Of a stretch of 50,306 bases of DNA, positions 12,863-21,894 are shown in pieces. Each line of letters starts with the position of its first letter. Positions within the stretch are counted from its first letter, which is position 1. The notes beneath the pieces were generated by a model. It had not been told where the DNA came from. It saw nothing but the letters and a program-made list of their open reading frames with translations, and ran no database searches. This DNA comes from Thainema sp. Lineage in GTDB: Bacteria; Cyanobacteriota; Cyanobacteriia; Phormidesmidales; Phormidesmidaceae. Made by a program: the position numbers and the translations under genes. The stretch is from NCBI GenBank assembly GCA_052168235.1, contig JBQLZK010000057.1:1-50306 (forward strand), read 5' to 3'.

Positions 12863-13903
12863 ATGAGTGCAGAGCAAGTATCAAACACCCAGAATCAGGA
12901 GCAGGCAGAGACTCATTTCACCCCCATTCGAGTCGGTATTCTCGGCTTTGGTGGACTCGGACAAGCTGCCACCCGAGTGTTAGCGGGCAAACGCGAGATG
13001 CAGTGGGTCGCGGCGGCTGACAAGCAAGGATATGCGTATCAGGCGGCTGGATTAGATCCCGATCGCTGTATTGCCACCTATCAAAATCAGGGATCCCTGG
13101 GCTATCTCGATCCCGAAGGCGTATTAAGCCAGCAGAGCATTCAGGATTTGCTGGAACAGTGCCAAGGCGTTGATGGATTTTTTCTCGCCCTGCCCAATTT
13201 GCCTAACGACTTCATGGCATCAGTCACGCGGCAGTTTATGGCATCGGGTTGGCAAGGAGTTTTGGTAGACGCCCTGAAGCGAACCAGCGCGATGGAGCAG
13301 ATTCTAGAACTGCAAGCCGATTTGAAGGCCGCTGGTATTACCTACATGGCGGGCTGTGGCGCTACGCCCGGATTGTTGACTGCAGCAGCTGCGATCGCAG
13401 CTCAAAGCTATGCCGAAATTCACCAGGTCAAAATTACCTTTGGCGTCGGCATTGCTAACTGGGAAGCCTACCGCGCCACGATTCGGGAAGACATTGCCCA
13501 CATGCCCGGTCACAGCGTTGAGTCAGCCCGCGCCATGACCGATGCCGAAGTGGAGGCGTTTTTGGAACAAACCAACGGCATCTTAACGCTGGAGAACATG
13601 GAACATGCTGATGATTTAATGCTGGAACTGGCGGGAATCTGCGATCGCGATCGTGTTTCAGTCGGCGGCGTCGTTGACACTCGCAATCCTAAGAAGCCTC
13701 TCAGCACCAATGTCCAAATTACTGGACGGACATTTGAAGGGAAAACCTCAACGCACACCTTCACGCTAGGGGATGAAACCAGCATGGCGGCTAACGTCTG
13801 TGGCCCAGCCTTCGGCTATTTAAAGACAGGCTACCAGCTTCATCAGCAGGGCTTACACGGCCTATTCACCGCTGCAGATGTAATGCCGCGATTTGTCCGT
13901 TAG
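12863..13903 (+). CDS. bioU: (S)-8-amino-7-oxononanoate synthase BioU (biotin synthesis)
   Basis: Rossmann GFGGLG, VDALKRT (reactive Lys), GCGATPGLL and ENMEHADD. Confidence 0.85.
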   Translation: MSAEQVSNTQNQEQAETHFTPIRVGILGFGGLGQAATRVLAGKREMQWVAAADKQGYAYQAAGLDPDRCIATYQNQGSLGYLDPEGVLSQQSIQDLLEQCQGVDGFFLALPNLPNDFMASVTRQFMASGWQGVLVDALKRTSAMEQILELQADLKAAGITYMAGCGATPGLLTAAAAIAAQSYAEIHQVKITFGVGIANWEAYRATIREDIAHMPGHSVESARAMTDAEVEAFLEQTNGILTLENMEHADDLMLELAGICDRDRVSVGGVVDTRNPKKPLSTNVQITGRTFEGKTSTHTFTLGDETSMAANVCGPAFGYLKTGYQLHQQGLHGLFTAADVMPRFVR

Positions 13904-13947
13904 GGTCTGTAGGGGCTTGACAGTTGCTAAGTCTTTTTTGAGATATG

Positions 13948-13969
13948 TAGGGTGGGCACTGCCCACCCT
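13948..13969. repeat. REP-like palindrome
   Basis: GTAGGGTGGGCACTGCCCACCC. Confidence 0.65.
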
Positions 13970-14051
13970 TAGCTTTGTCTAAGACGATGGTGATGCTGCT
14001 CACCCTACTTCGTGGCTAATCCAAGTTAGCCTCTACTGCCGCTTTTTAAGC

Positions 14052-14144
14052 TATAGCAGTTCTAGGTAAGAACGAGAGAGGAGCGTGCCTCAGGATGAGG
14101 CACGCTCCTCTCTCGTTTTCTCATTCTTAACTGGAATCACTATA
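14052..14144. repeat. Hairpin MITE-like element
   Basis: TATAGCAGTTC...GAATCACTATA termini; 22-bp perfect arms at 14071-14117. Confidence 0.7.
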
Positions 14145-15003
14145 AAAGCTGCGCGATCATTCGGTTGGCCTGATAGCCGTAGCTACCGCCAAACAGATTA
14201 AAGTGATTAACGATGTGATAAAGGTTATAGAGCGTTTTGCGTCGCTCATAGCCGCTGTCTAAGGGATAGGCTGCTTCGTAGCCTTCATAAAATCCAGCTG
14301 GGAATCCGCCAAACAGCTCACTCATGGCAATATCCACCTCACGATCGCCATAGTAAACAGCTGGATCGAGAATCACAGGCTGACCGTCACTTGTCACCGA
14401 AGCATTACCTGACCACAGGTCGCCATGCACCAAAGACGGTTCTGGATCATGTCCGGCCAGCAGTGAAGGGATCGCATCTAGCAGCTCATCTGACTTGGGA
14501 AAATCGCCACCATTGCGCCGCGCTAGGCTGAACTGAAAGCGCATACGGTGCTCCACATAAAACTCGACCCAGCTTTCCGTCCAGGGATTTTTTTGAGGTG
14601 TTGCACCAATGGTATTACTTTGCCGCCAGCCAAAGCCTTTGTCGCTGGTGCAGCGGTGCATCGCCGCGAGCTGCTCACCCATGCGATACCAGGCAGTGCG
14701 ATCGCGGTTTCCGCCCAGGTCTAACCAGTCCATTACCACGTATGCGTACTGATCCGCCACGCCCCAGCAAATCGGGCGAGACACGAGAATTGTTTTCGTA
14801 TCGGCAATCTCTTTTAATCCCAGCGCTTCAGCCTCAAACATGGGTAGTTGGTTGGCCTGGTTTAGCTTGACGAAATAGTGTCGCGAACCGTCGCTAATCT
14901 GATACGCCTGGTTAATGCTGCCGCCGCCGACGGAGCGTCGATCCTTAATTTGAAACGGAGTGCCTGTTTTTTGGCTGATTTGATCTGCGATCGCATTCCA
15001 CAT
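14140..15003 (-). CDS. Fructosamine kinase family protein
   Basis: GGGSIN, FVKLN, LVHGDLWSGN and DPAVYYGDREVDIAM; start set at MWNAIA. Confidence 0.93.
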   Translation of the reverse strand: MWNAIADQISQKTGTPFQIKDRRSVGGGSINQAYQISDGSRHYFVKLNQANQLPMFEAEALGLKEIADTKTILVSRPICWGVADQYAYVVMDWLDLGGNRDRTAWYRMGEQLAAMHRCTSDKGFGWRQSNTIGATPQKNPWTESWVEFYVEHRMRFQFSLARRNGGDFPKSDELLDAIPSLLAGHDPEPSLVHGDLWSGNASVTSDGQPVILDPAVYYGDREVDIAMSELFGGFPAGFYEGYEAAYPLDSGYERRKTLYNLYHIVNHFNLFGGSYGYQANRMIAQLL

Positions 15004-15123
15004 GAAGCTAATTCTAGGTTTTAATCTGCAAGGGAGGCAAATTCTATCCCAAAATCGAAAGTGGTGGACGCGCAGTAGGCCGCACATCCACCACTAAGCT
15101 GGACTTTGCGTTCCCAAACCCTA

Positions 15124-16428
15124 TTATGCAGGTCGCATGGTCACCACAGCATAAGCCTCTGGCGAGAGATAGTGTTGGGTCGCCTGTTGAATCGCATCGG
15201 CATCCACCGCTTGAATATGGGCTGGATAGTTGAGCGCATGGACGAGATCGCCCGTCTGGGAATGGTAGAACCCGTAGAGACCAGCCCGATCGCTAGGGGT
15301 TTCATTGCCGAAAACATAGCGGTTCGCCACCTGGGTCCGAATGCGGCTCAGCTCTGCTTCAGTGACAGGCTCTTGCTGCATCTGGCGGATGTGCTGCAAA
15401 ATTTCTTGCTCAGCCGTTTGCAGTTGCTCCACAGGCAGCTGAGCTGAAATATAGAAGCTGCCCTGCAGGCCAAACGTCATATTGCTGGCCGAAATGCTGG
15501 TAACGATACCACGTTCCTCTCGCAAATCTCGCACCAGTCGCGCCATCCGACCCCGACCTAGAATCGTTGCCAGAACATCCAAGGCATAGGTATCGTGCAG
15601 GTTCTGCATTCCCGGCACCCGCCAGCCGATTACCAGTCGCGCCTGCTGAATACTCTCATCCACATAGTCAAACCGCCGAATCTCCTTCAAAGACGGCTCT
15701 GGCGCATAGGGAATAAACTCGCAGGCACGCCCCATGTTGGGATAAAGCTGCTGCCGATGCGCTTCAGCCTGCTCAAAGCCATGTGCGATCGCATCGATTA
15801 ATTCTGTTGCTGGCAAATTGCCAACCGCCACAGCAGTCATTGCGCTGGGTTGATACCAACTGTTGTGAAACTCGCGCATTTGCTGAGCGGTTAGCCCTTC
15901 AATCACCTCCGATGGCCCAAGCACCGGACGACGATAAGGTAGACGATCAAACAGCGCCTCCATTGAACGATAAAACATCCGCCGCCGAGGATTATCATTA
16001 GCCCGCCGGATTTCTTCCAAGATGACAGGCCGCTCTCGCTCAAAAGCTTCTTGATCCAGCAATGGATTCATCACCACATCGATTTGAAGCGGAGCTAGAT
16101 CGTGAAAATCTTTGGGTGCAGTAGTGATGTAGTACTGAGTATAGTCTTGGCTAGTGGCAGCGTTAGTCATTGCGCCTCGCTCTTCAACCAGCCGCTCAAA
16201 CTCGCCACAGCGAATCTTAGGTGTGCCCTTAAAGACCATGTGCTCTAAAAAGTGAGCCATGCCGTTGATTTCATTCGGTTCAACCACCGAGCCGACATTG
16301 AGCCAAATACTCAAGTTAATCGCCTCAATCGGCATTTGTTCAGCAATGATCGTTAATCCATTCGGTAACTGGTGAATAAGGGGGGCATTGAGCTGAGGTG
16401 GTGCGGACTCAAGAAGAATAGAGCTCAT
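15124..16428 (-). CDS. M16 (pitrilysin-family) zinc peptidase
   Basis: HFLEHMVFKGT inverted zinc motif and NAATSQDYT. Confidence 0.93.
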   Translation of the reverse strand: MSSILLESAPPQLNAPLIHQLPNGLTIIAEQMPIEAINLSIWLNVGSVVEPNEINGMAHFLEHMVFKGTPKIRCGEFERLVEERGAMTNAATSQDYTQYYITTAPKDFHDLAPLQIDVVMNPLLDQEAFERERPVILEEIRRANDNPRRRMFYRSMEALFDRLPYRRPVLGPSEVIEGLTAQQMREFHNSWYQPSAMTAVAVGNLPATELIDAIAHGFEQAEAHRQQLYPNMGRACEFIPYAPEPSLKEIRRFDYVDESIQQARLVIGWRVPGMQNLHDTYALDVLATILGRGRMARLVRDLREERGIVTSISASNMTFGLQGSFYISAQLPVEQLQTAEQEILQHIRQMQQEPVTEAELSRIRTQVANRYVFGNETPSDRAGLYGFYHSQTGDLVHALNYPAHIQAVDADAIQQATQHYLSPEAYAVVTMRPA

Positions 16429-16686
16429 GAAGTACAAGACGTATGCGTACAGTTCAGAAAAAACGGGGTGTGTGCAAGCGCTGGGTTTGAAGAATGAGAG
16501 ATAGGCGCTGCGGGTATCAATCTCCTAATCTCTACCATAGGAACTTTTGGCTGGACTCATTAACTCCCAGTATGGCAAAAGTCCTGCCGATCCGACGACT
16601 GTTTGCCCCGTATTCCCTATATTTCCCAAAAAATAACCTAAAAAATAGCGTAGAGATACGGCTATACCCAAGTGCACTGCGCTACA

Positions 16687-16785
16687 TCACAGGATTCTCT
16701 GACAGAAATCACGGATTTGGCGTGCGTATATCACTACCACAGATGTATCTCCGTCACATCTAGGATGCCCGTAGTTTCACATAAT
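16687..16785 (+). promoter_or_regulatory. Phased TCAC array plus -10-like CATAAT
   Basis: TCAC starts at 16687, 16709, 16731, 16754 and 16777; CATAAT at 16780. Confidence 0.6.
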
Positions 16786-16816
16786 GAGAATATTGAACTC
16801 ATATCTTGCCGTAGCC

Positions 16817-17038
16817 ATGTCTACTGCTTTTCTGACTCTTATTCCTGGCGCGATTTCTGAACTGTTTGCCCAAGCCACGGCGACAGGACAGTTGACGTGG
16901 GCAGATCGCTATGGATTAATGGCTGCTATTCTGTCGGATTCTCTATCGGATGAAGAGCGATGCGCGATTGATCGATTGCTGCGAGCTGTCAAAAACCAGC
17001 GTATTATCATCAAAGATGAAATTTCAGCGTTGCTGTAG
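16817..17038 (+). CDS. Small conserved cyanobacterial hypothetical protein (73 aa)
   Basis: LIPGAISELF...LTWADRYGLMAAIL...LSDEER.AIDRLLRAV; followed by a terminator. Confidence 0.8.
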   Translation: MSTAFLTLIPGAISELFAQATATGQLTWADRYGLMAAILSDSLSDEERCAIDRLLRAVKNQRIIIKDEISALL

Positions 17039-17081
17039 CGCAAGCGTGAATCGCGCGGCTTAAAACCGGAAGCATACGCTT

Positions 17082-17113
17082 AAAAGGGGCTAGCAAATGC
17101 TAGCCCCTTTTTT
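17082..17113. terminator. Bidirectional intrinsic terminator
   Basis: AAAAGGGGCTAGC-AAAT-GCTAGCCCCTTTTTT between convergent genes. Confidence 0.8.
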
Positions 17114-17226
17114 GATCCAGAAATTTAGACCCGTTATACAAACTTCTACTAAGTTTTACAAAATGAGGGTCAAAAGAATTGGGTAATGCCCAACGCCTTG
17201 GTTGCGTTTCTCTAGCGAGATACGGC

Positions 17227-18231
17227 TTACACGCCAACGGCTGTTTGGGTTTTGCTGTAGTACTCGCGATACCAATCAACGAAGCGCTGAATGCCAACTT
17301 CAATGGGGGTTTCCGGCTTAAAGCCAACATCGTTCATCAAGTCGGTGACATCGGCATAGGTCGTCGGCACGTCACCAGGCTGCATCGGCAGCAGGTTTTT
17401 CTCGGCTTTTTTACCCAGGCACTCTTCAATCACTTCGATAAAGCGGAGGAGAGAAACAGGGCTGTTGTTGCCGATGTTGTAAACCTTATAGGGAGCCTTA
17501 GTCGCACCCTCTGGATTCGCTTTGGGAATGTGGTGCATCACCCGCACGATGCCCTCTACAATGTCGTCAATATAGGTGAAGTCGCGCTTCATATCGCCAT
17601 AGTTGTAAACATCAATCGGACGACCCTGTTCAATAGCCTGCACAAACTTGAAGTAGGCCATATCAGGGCGACCCATTGGGCCGTAAACCGTGAAGAAGCG
17701 TAGCCCAGTCGTTGGTAAACCGTATAGATGACTGTAGGTGTGGGCCATCAGCTCATTGGCTTTTTTGGTTGCAGCGTAGAGCGAGACGGGATGATCAACG
17801 TTGTCTTCTGTAGAAAACGGAACTTTCTTATTGGCACCGTAAACCGAGCTAGACGAGGCGTAAACCAAGTGAGAAACATTGCTATGGCGACAACCTTCTA
17901 GAATGTTGACGAAACCTACCAGGTTGCTGTTGGAGTAGGCAAAGGGATTTTCGAGGGAATAGCGGACACCAGCCTGAGCCGCGAGATTAACAACGCAGTC
18001 AAACTGATGCTCTTGAAACAGGGCTAAGACACCTGTTTGATCAGCTAGATCCAGCTTTTGAAACGTGAAATTAGGTTTGTCGGACAAATTCGCCAAGCGA
18101 TCATGCTTGAGCTGCACGTCATAATAATCATTGATGTTGTCAACACCGTAAACTTGGTGCCCATCGGCCAGCAAACGCTGGGACAAAAAGTATCCAACGA
18201 AGCCAGCAGCTCCTGTGACTAGCACCCGCAT
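17227..18231 (-). CDS. NAD-dependent epimerase (UDP-glucuronate 4-epimerase type)
   Basis: [27 protein letters not shown] and [15 protein letters not shown]. Confidence 0.93.
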   Translation of the reverse strand: MRVLVTGAAGFVGYFLSQRLLADGHQVYGVDNINDYYDVQLKHDRLANLSDKPNFTFQKLDLADQTGVLALFQEHQFDCVVNLAAQAGVRYSLENPFAYSNSNLVGFVNILEGCRHSNVSHLVYASSSSVYGANKKVPFSTEDNVDHPVSLYAATKKANELMAHTYSHLYGLPTTGLRFFTVYGPMGRPDMAYFKFVQAIEQGRPIDVYNYGDMKRDFTYIDDIVEGIVRVMHHIPKANPEGATKAPYKVYNIGNNSPVSLLRFIEVIEECLGKKAEKNLLPMQPGDVPTTYADVTDLMNDVGFKPETPIEVGIQRFVDWYREYYSKTQTAVGV

Positions 18232-18579
18232 CCGTGTTCTCCTTTCCTGGTAAAAGTGCATTGTATCGACAGCCATCGCCACTTGAATGAGGATTGGAAC
18301 GTCTTAATGCGCCGCAGAGTCACACTACCCAATGTTCTCACCAAATAGCGAATGCTGTAACACACTATAGGCACTTCAACTCAGGACTGCCAGGGCAATC
18401 CCTTGGCTTAATCAAGTCTTGATGCAATCTCCGCGTTTTCTGGGATTTGCTTAGCATGAGTTCGCTGAGCGTAGAAGGGAGTTGAGAGGCGGCGAGTTCC
18501 AATCCACTCATCATTCTGCACAGTAAGTATCGTAGTAGGTGTCAAGATAAAGGCACCGTTTAGCTAGGAAGCTTTTCTC

Positions 18580-19311
18580 GTGCCTCAGCGTGATTTATGG
18601 CCTGCGATCGCAGCGAAGCGTGTGCGTCAGAATGGACGCACCTATTTTGTACCATCTGCTAGGCGTTCGGCGAATAATCAGCCCGATACTCATCAGCCCA
18701 TGCAGGCAAACATTCAATTTCCCAGCGTTACCAGCGTCCTGAACGCCACCAAATCGCAAGCTGACCGGGATGCCCTCGCCCGCTGGAAAGTCAGAATAGG
18801 GACGGCAGAGGCTAATCGCATCAGCTCTAGTGCCAGTCGTCGCGGTAGCCGTACGCATAAACAGGTCAAAGAATTTTTGCTAGAGGATGACTGGCCGTTA
18901 GCCGAGGCCACATCTCCCTACTGGGAAAGCATTGCGCCCGTGCTAGAAGATCTAGAGATGGTGCATTTGGTCGAAAACTATGTGTTTCATGCTGATCTTT
19001 GCTACGCCGGACGCGTGGACTGTGTCGCTCGCTATCAGGATACGCTGTGCCTATTTGACTGGAAAACAGCCGATCGCCCTAAGGAATCCGTTAAACAGCT
19101 GCGAGATAGTCCGCTACAGCTTGCAGCCTACTGTGGAGCCATTAATCAAACCTACGCCGATATCGGGTTTAAGCTGAATCATGCAGCGGTTGTAGTTGCG
19201 ATCGCACATCAGCCTGCGGAAATTTTCTGGTTTGATCCAGACGACCTGCTTGACTATTGGCATGAGTGGATCGAACGTCTTACCAAATTCCATCGCTATT
19301 TGTCACAGTGA
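18580..19311 (+). CDS. PD-(D/E)XK exonuclease (MGME1/phage exonuclease-like)
   Basis: PSVTSVL, RGSRTH, YAGRVD, DWKT and QLAAY. Confidence 0.85.
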   Translation: MPQRDLWPAIAAKRVRQNGRTYFVPSARRSANNQPDTHQPMQANIQFPSVTSVLNATKSQADRDALARWKVRIGTAEANRISSSASRRGSRTHKQVKEFLLEDDWPLAEATSPYWESIAPVLEDLEMVHLVENYVFHADLCYAGRVDCVARYQDTLCLFDWKTADRPKESVKQLRDSPLQLAAYCGAINQTYADIGFKLNHAAVVVAIAHQPAEIFWFDPDDLLDYWHEWIERLTKFHRYLSQ

Positions 19312-19329
19312 AAGATTACCTCCCAAAGC

Positions 19330-19360
19330 AAAAAGGTGAGTGCGAACCGCACTCACCTTT
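19330..19360. terminator. Terminator hairpin between the exonuclease and tRNA-Glu
   Basis: AAAAAGGTGAGTGCG-AAC-CGCACTCACCTTT. Confidence 0.75.
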
Positions 19361-19371
19361 CCGTTTGCCGA

Positions 19372-19444
19372 TACCCCCAGGGGAATTCGAATCCCCGTCG
19401 CCTCCGTGAAAGGGAGGTGTCCTAGGCCTCTAGACGATGGGGGC
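19372..19444 (-). tRNA. trnE: tRNA-Glu(TTC)
   Basis: Reverse complement GCCCCCATCGTCTAGAGGCCTAGGACACCTCCCT-TTC-ACGGAGGCGACGGGGATTCGAATTCCCCTGGGGGTA. Confidence 0.97.
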
Positions 19445-19535
19445 CTGTCCGGCGTTCGCTTTGTTTGTCCGCCGCGAACATTTGTAAATGTAGCGTACTG
19501 TTTTGGCCTTTGTCAATTCCCAATCCAAACTTTTT

Positions 19536-19820
19536 TTAGATTGCTTCCTTCATGTTGCGCAAACGCATGAGCTGGCGGCGCATTCGGGGAGATGCCAGCA
19601 CCTCAGAAATCAGCTGAGTACTGACTTCAACCTGCATCGCCTCTAAGTAATTATCCTCACCATAGGTGTAGGCATCGAGCAGGGCTTCCAGCAAATGCTC
19701 TGGATCGCGATCGCACAATGCACTATTTTCCTCAATCAGCCGAAACTTCAGGTGAACCTCGCACTCGTAAACACCGACTTCATTGGCCTGGGGATGATGC
19801 TCTACAGAATTGGTCTTCAT
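19536..19820 (-). CDS. Npun_R1517 family protein
   Basis: EVGVYECEVHLKFRLIEE...ASPRMRRQLMRLRN. Confidence 0.85.
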   Translation of the reverse strand: MKTNSVEHHPQANEVGVYECEVHLKFRLIEENSALCDRDPEHLLEALLDAYTYGEDNYLEAMQVEVSTQLISEVLASPRMRRQLMRLRNMKEAI

Positions 19821-20892
19821 TAGGGAATACTCTGGACTAGGTAATAGAACTCATCTTGATGAACCAGCTTGTCCTCACCGGATTGGTGAACATCCAACTC
19901 CGTTCAATGAGTAAGCTAGCTGAGTACAACTCTGAATCTGTGAGCAAACACTGAAGCCATCAACAAACACGATTTTCAGATTTTTAGATGGTTCAGCAGC
20001 AGGACTGGTTCAAATCCAGTCAGGAAACGATCAAAGTTGCAAACTCACAGGTTAGGCAAGACAACCTAACTACTCTTCGAAACTATCATCTCCATCTAGG
20101 TTGCCAAATCCGCTAATTGTCGGAATTCGAGTCTTTGAAACATTAAAGTTATGAACATCAAAATATCGGTTGTTTAAAGTCCACATCAACTAGATTATTA
20201 CTCCTGTAAGGTAAGCCAGATATTGGTCAGTTTAATAGTTATCACCTGCTAGGTTCACCAAGTTTTTCACAAAAAAGTATTAGTTCTTTATCCCAGCTTT
20301 ACTTGTGTCTAGGGATACGTAGTTACAGGTGATCGATACTACATGAAAGCGGCAATTTCCTTTTGCAGTAGGCGGTTCATAGTCTACAGATGAAAGTGAA
20401 AAGTGCGATCGCGGTTCTGAGAATAAATTATTTGGAGCAGATTTTGCGTATTTATACTGTCATGAATAGCTGAGCTGTACTAAACCATTCTTAATAGATA
20501 AGGCAGCCATAAATCAAATCTGAAATGAGTACATTAGATATACGAGTCTGGAGCACAGTTGGTTTCAGCTTGATAAAAAACGTAATTTTAGCTCAGGTAT
20601 TAAAAGGAGTATGTATCGTATAAAAAAATACGCTACTATTCGTCCTTATCACTGATGGTTCTATACATAAATCTGGGAAGAGATATCAAATATTCAGCAT
20701 TAATTCATTCAAATACGCACTAAGTTGAGAATTTTATACCAATCAATAACGTCATTAAACTATCAGCTCTACACCAGAACTAGACTCAAATTGCACAAAT
20801 TGATATCGATTCATACGGCTAACACGAACTCTCAAACCGTTAAAGAATTTAATCAAAGCTCGATTCTCAGCCGGGCAAAGCTGTCCGTATAC

Positions 20893-21198
20893 CTACGCAG
20901 AAGCCATATTTTCCGTCGGATCAGGGACGACATAAAGCTCACCTCGTCGTTCCCGCCGCGACAGTTGTTGAGTATCAGCACCAGCGGTAAACAGATACTC
21001 ATGCAGCAGGTCATAGGCTTCTTCCTCTGTTTCCAAAATGTAATTCATGGCAAATAGAAAGGGGCGTGGGCGCTGCCGGGTAGGAGATTTGGGTTCCCAT
21101 ACCCGTAGGTAAACCCCATTGGGACGCTGATCGATACTGTAATGAAGCATGTGACTAGTAGCGGAGACGTAAGCGGAATGCAGCATGGTTATCGGCAA
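20893..21198 (-). CDS. Hypothetical protein
   Basis: ~100-aa ORF codirectional with the 21294-21494 gene; no motif recognised. Confidence 0.55.
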   Translation of the reverse strand: MPITMLHSAYVSATSHMLHYSIDQRPNGVYLRVWEPKSPTRQRPRPFLFAMNYILETEEEAYDLLHEYLFTAGADTQQLSRRERRGELYVVPDPTENMASA

Positions 21199-21293
21199 GT
21201 GATTGGATAAATGACGTTTGGGGGTTGCTTTGAACAGGCGCGAAACAGGTAAGCTATTCGTTTTAAATCAGAACGGGGCAATTCAGAACGGTT

Positions 21294-21494
21294 CTAGCCA
21301 AAAACGCGAATGCGTCCCTGGAAGAGAGCCTGATGAATTTGGTTGATGTAAGAATGTTCCTGCGCAGTGAGCTGATTTTTTAATTGCAGACTCATAATCA
21401 GCCGTTGATCCTGACGGGTGATTTTGCGCGTTAGGAAAATGTTCTGAATCAGTTGGTCGAGGTCGGTGGAAGTCGTTAGGGCTTGCGTCGTCAT
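21294..21494 (-). CDS. Small conserved cyanobacterial hypothetical protein (66 aa), distant paralog of 16817-17038
   Basis: LDQLIQNIFLTRKITRQDQ..IM...L...LT..E...I..I..AL..GRI; aligns without gaps to the other small protein. Confidence 0.75.
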   Translation of the reverse strand: MTTQALTTSTDLDQLIQNIFLTRKITRQDQRLIMSLQLKNQLTAQEHSYINQIHQALFQGRIRVFG

Positions 21495-21521
21495 CGGGAA
21501 TCACTGAACTCTGACATTATC

Positions 21522-21697
21522 AGTATCGCGGTCAGACGCGATTTTATCCGTGACTCGTAAAGTGCTTGTCCTGTGACGTTTTGGGGCATTTTGCGTGATG
21601 AACTAGCCCTCAATTCGTGATGAATCCTAAGTATTTACGTGACTCAATGGAACACGGCTCGTGATGCTGACGGTCTGACCTGAGTGACAAATATCAC
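21522..21697 (-). promoter_or_regulatory. Phased RTCAC array ending in a full CRP-like dyad
   Basis: GTGA (+ strand) starts at 21550, 21573, 21595, 21617, 21639, 21661 and 21684; the last is GTGA-CAAATA-TCAC. Confidence 0.7.
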
Positions 21698-21894
21698 TTT
21701 TTCACACCACGGGACTCTGGCGACATTCGCCGAAACTACTATTTAGCCTAGGTTTTAGCGTTGTCAGAAAAATCACCCATTCAGTGACTCAACTCAGCGC
21801 TTCATAATGCTAATCAAACCAGTTCACCCTGTTCATCGGAGACCGATTTGCCAGTCGCAGTACACATATCCGCCCTGCTTAAATTCTCAGCTCA

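Noticed and set aside
20003..20021. tRNA gene or attachment-site remnant
   Set aside because: Only a T-arm-like hairpin; no acceptor, D or anticodon arms, and no match to the two tRNAs in the window.
21550..21697. Periodic motif as a CRISPR or mini-array
   Set aside because: The conserved part is only 4-6 nt with a 22-bp period, too short for CRISPR repeat-spacer units.
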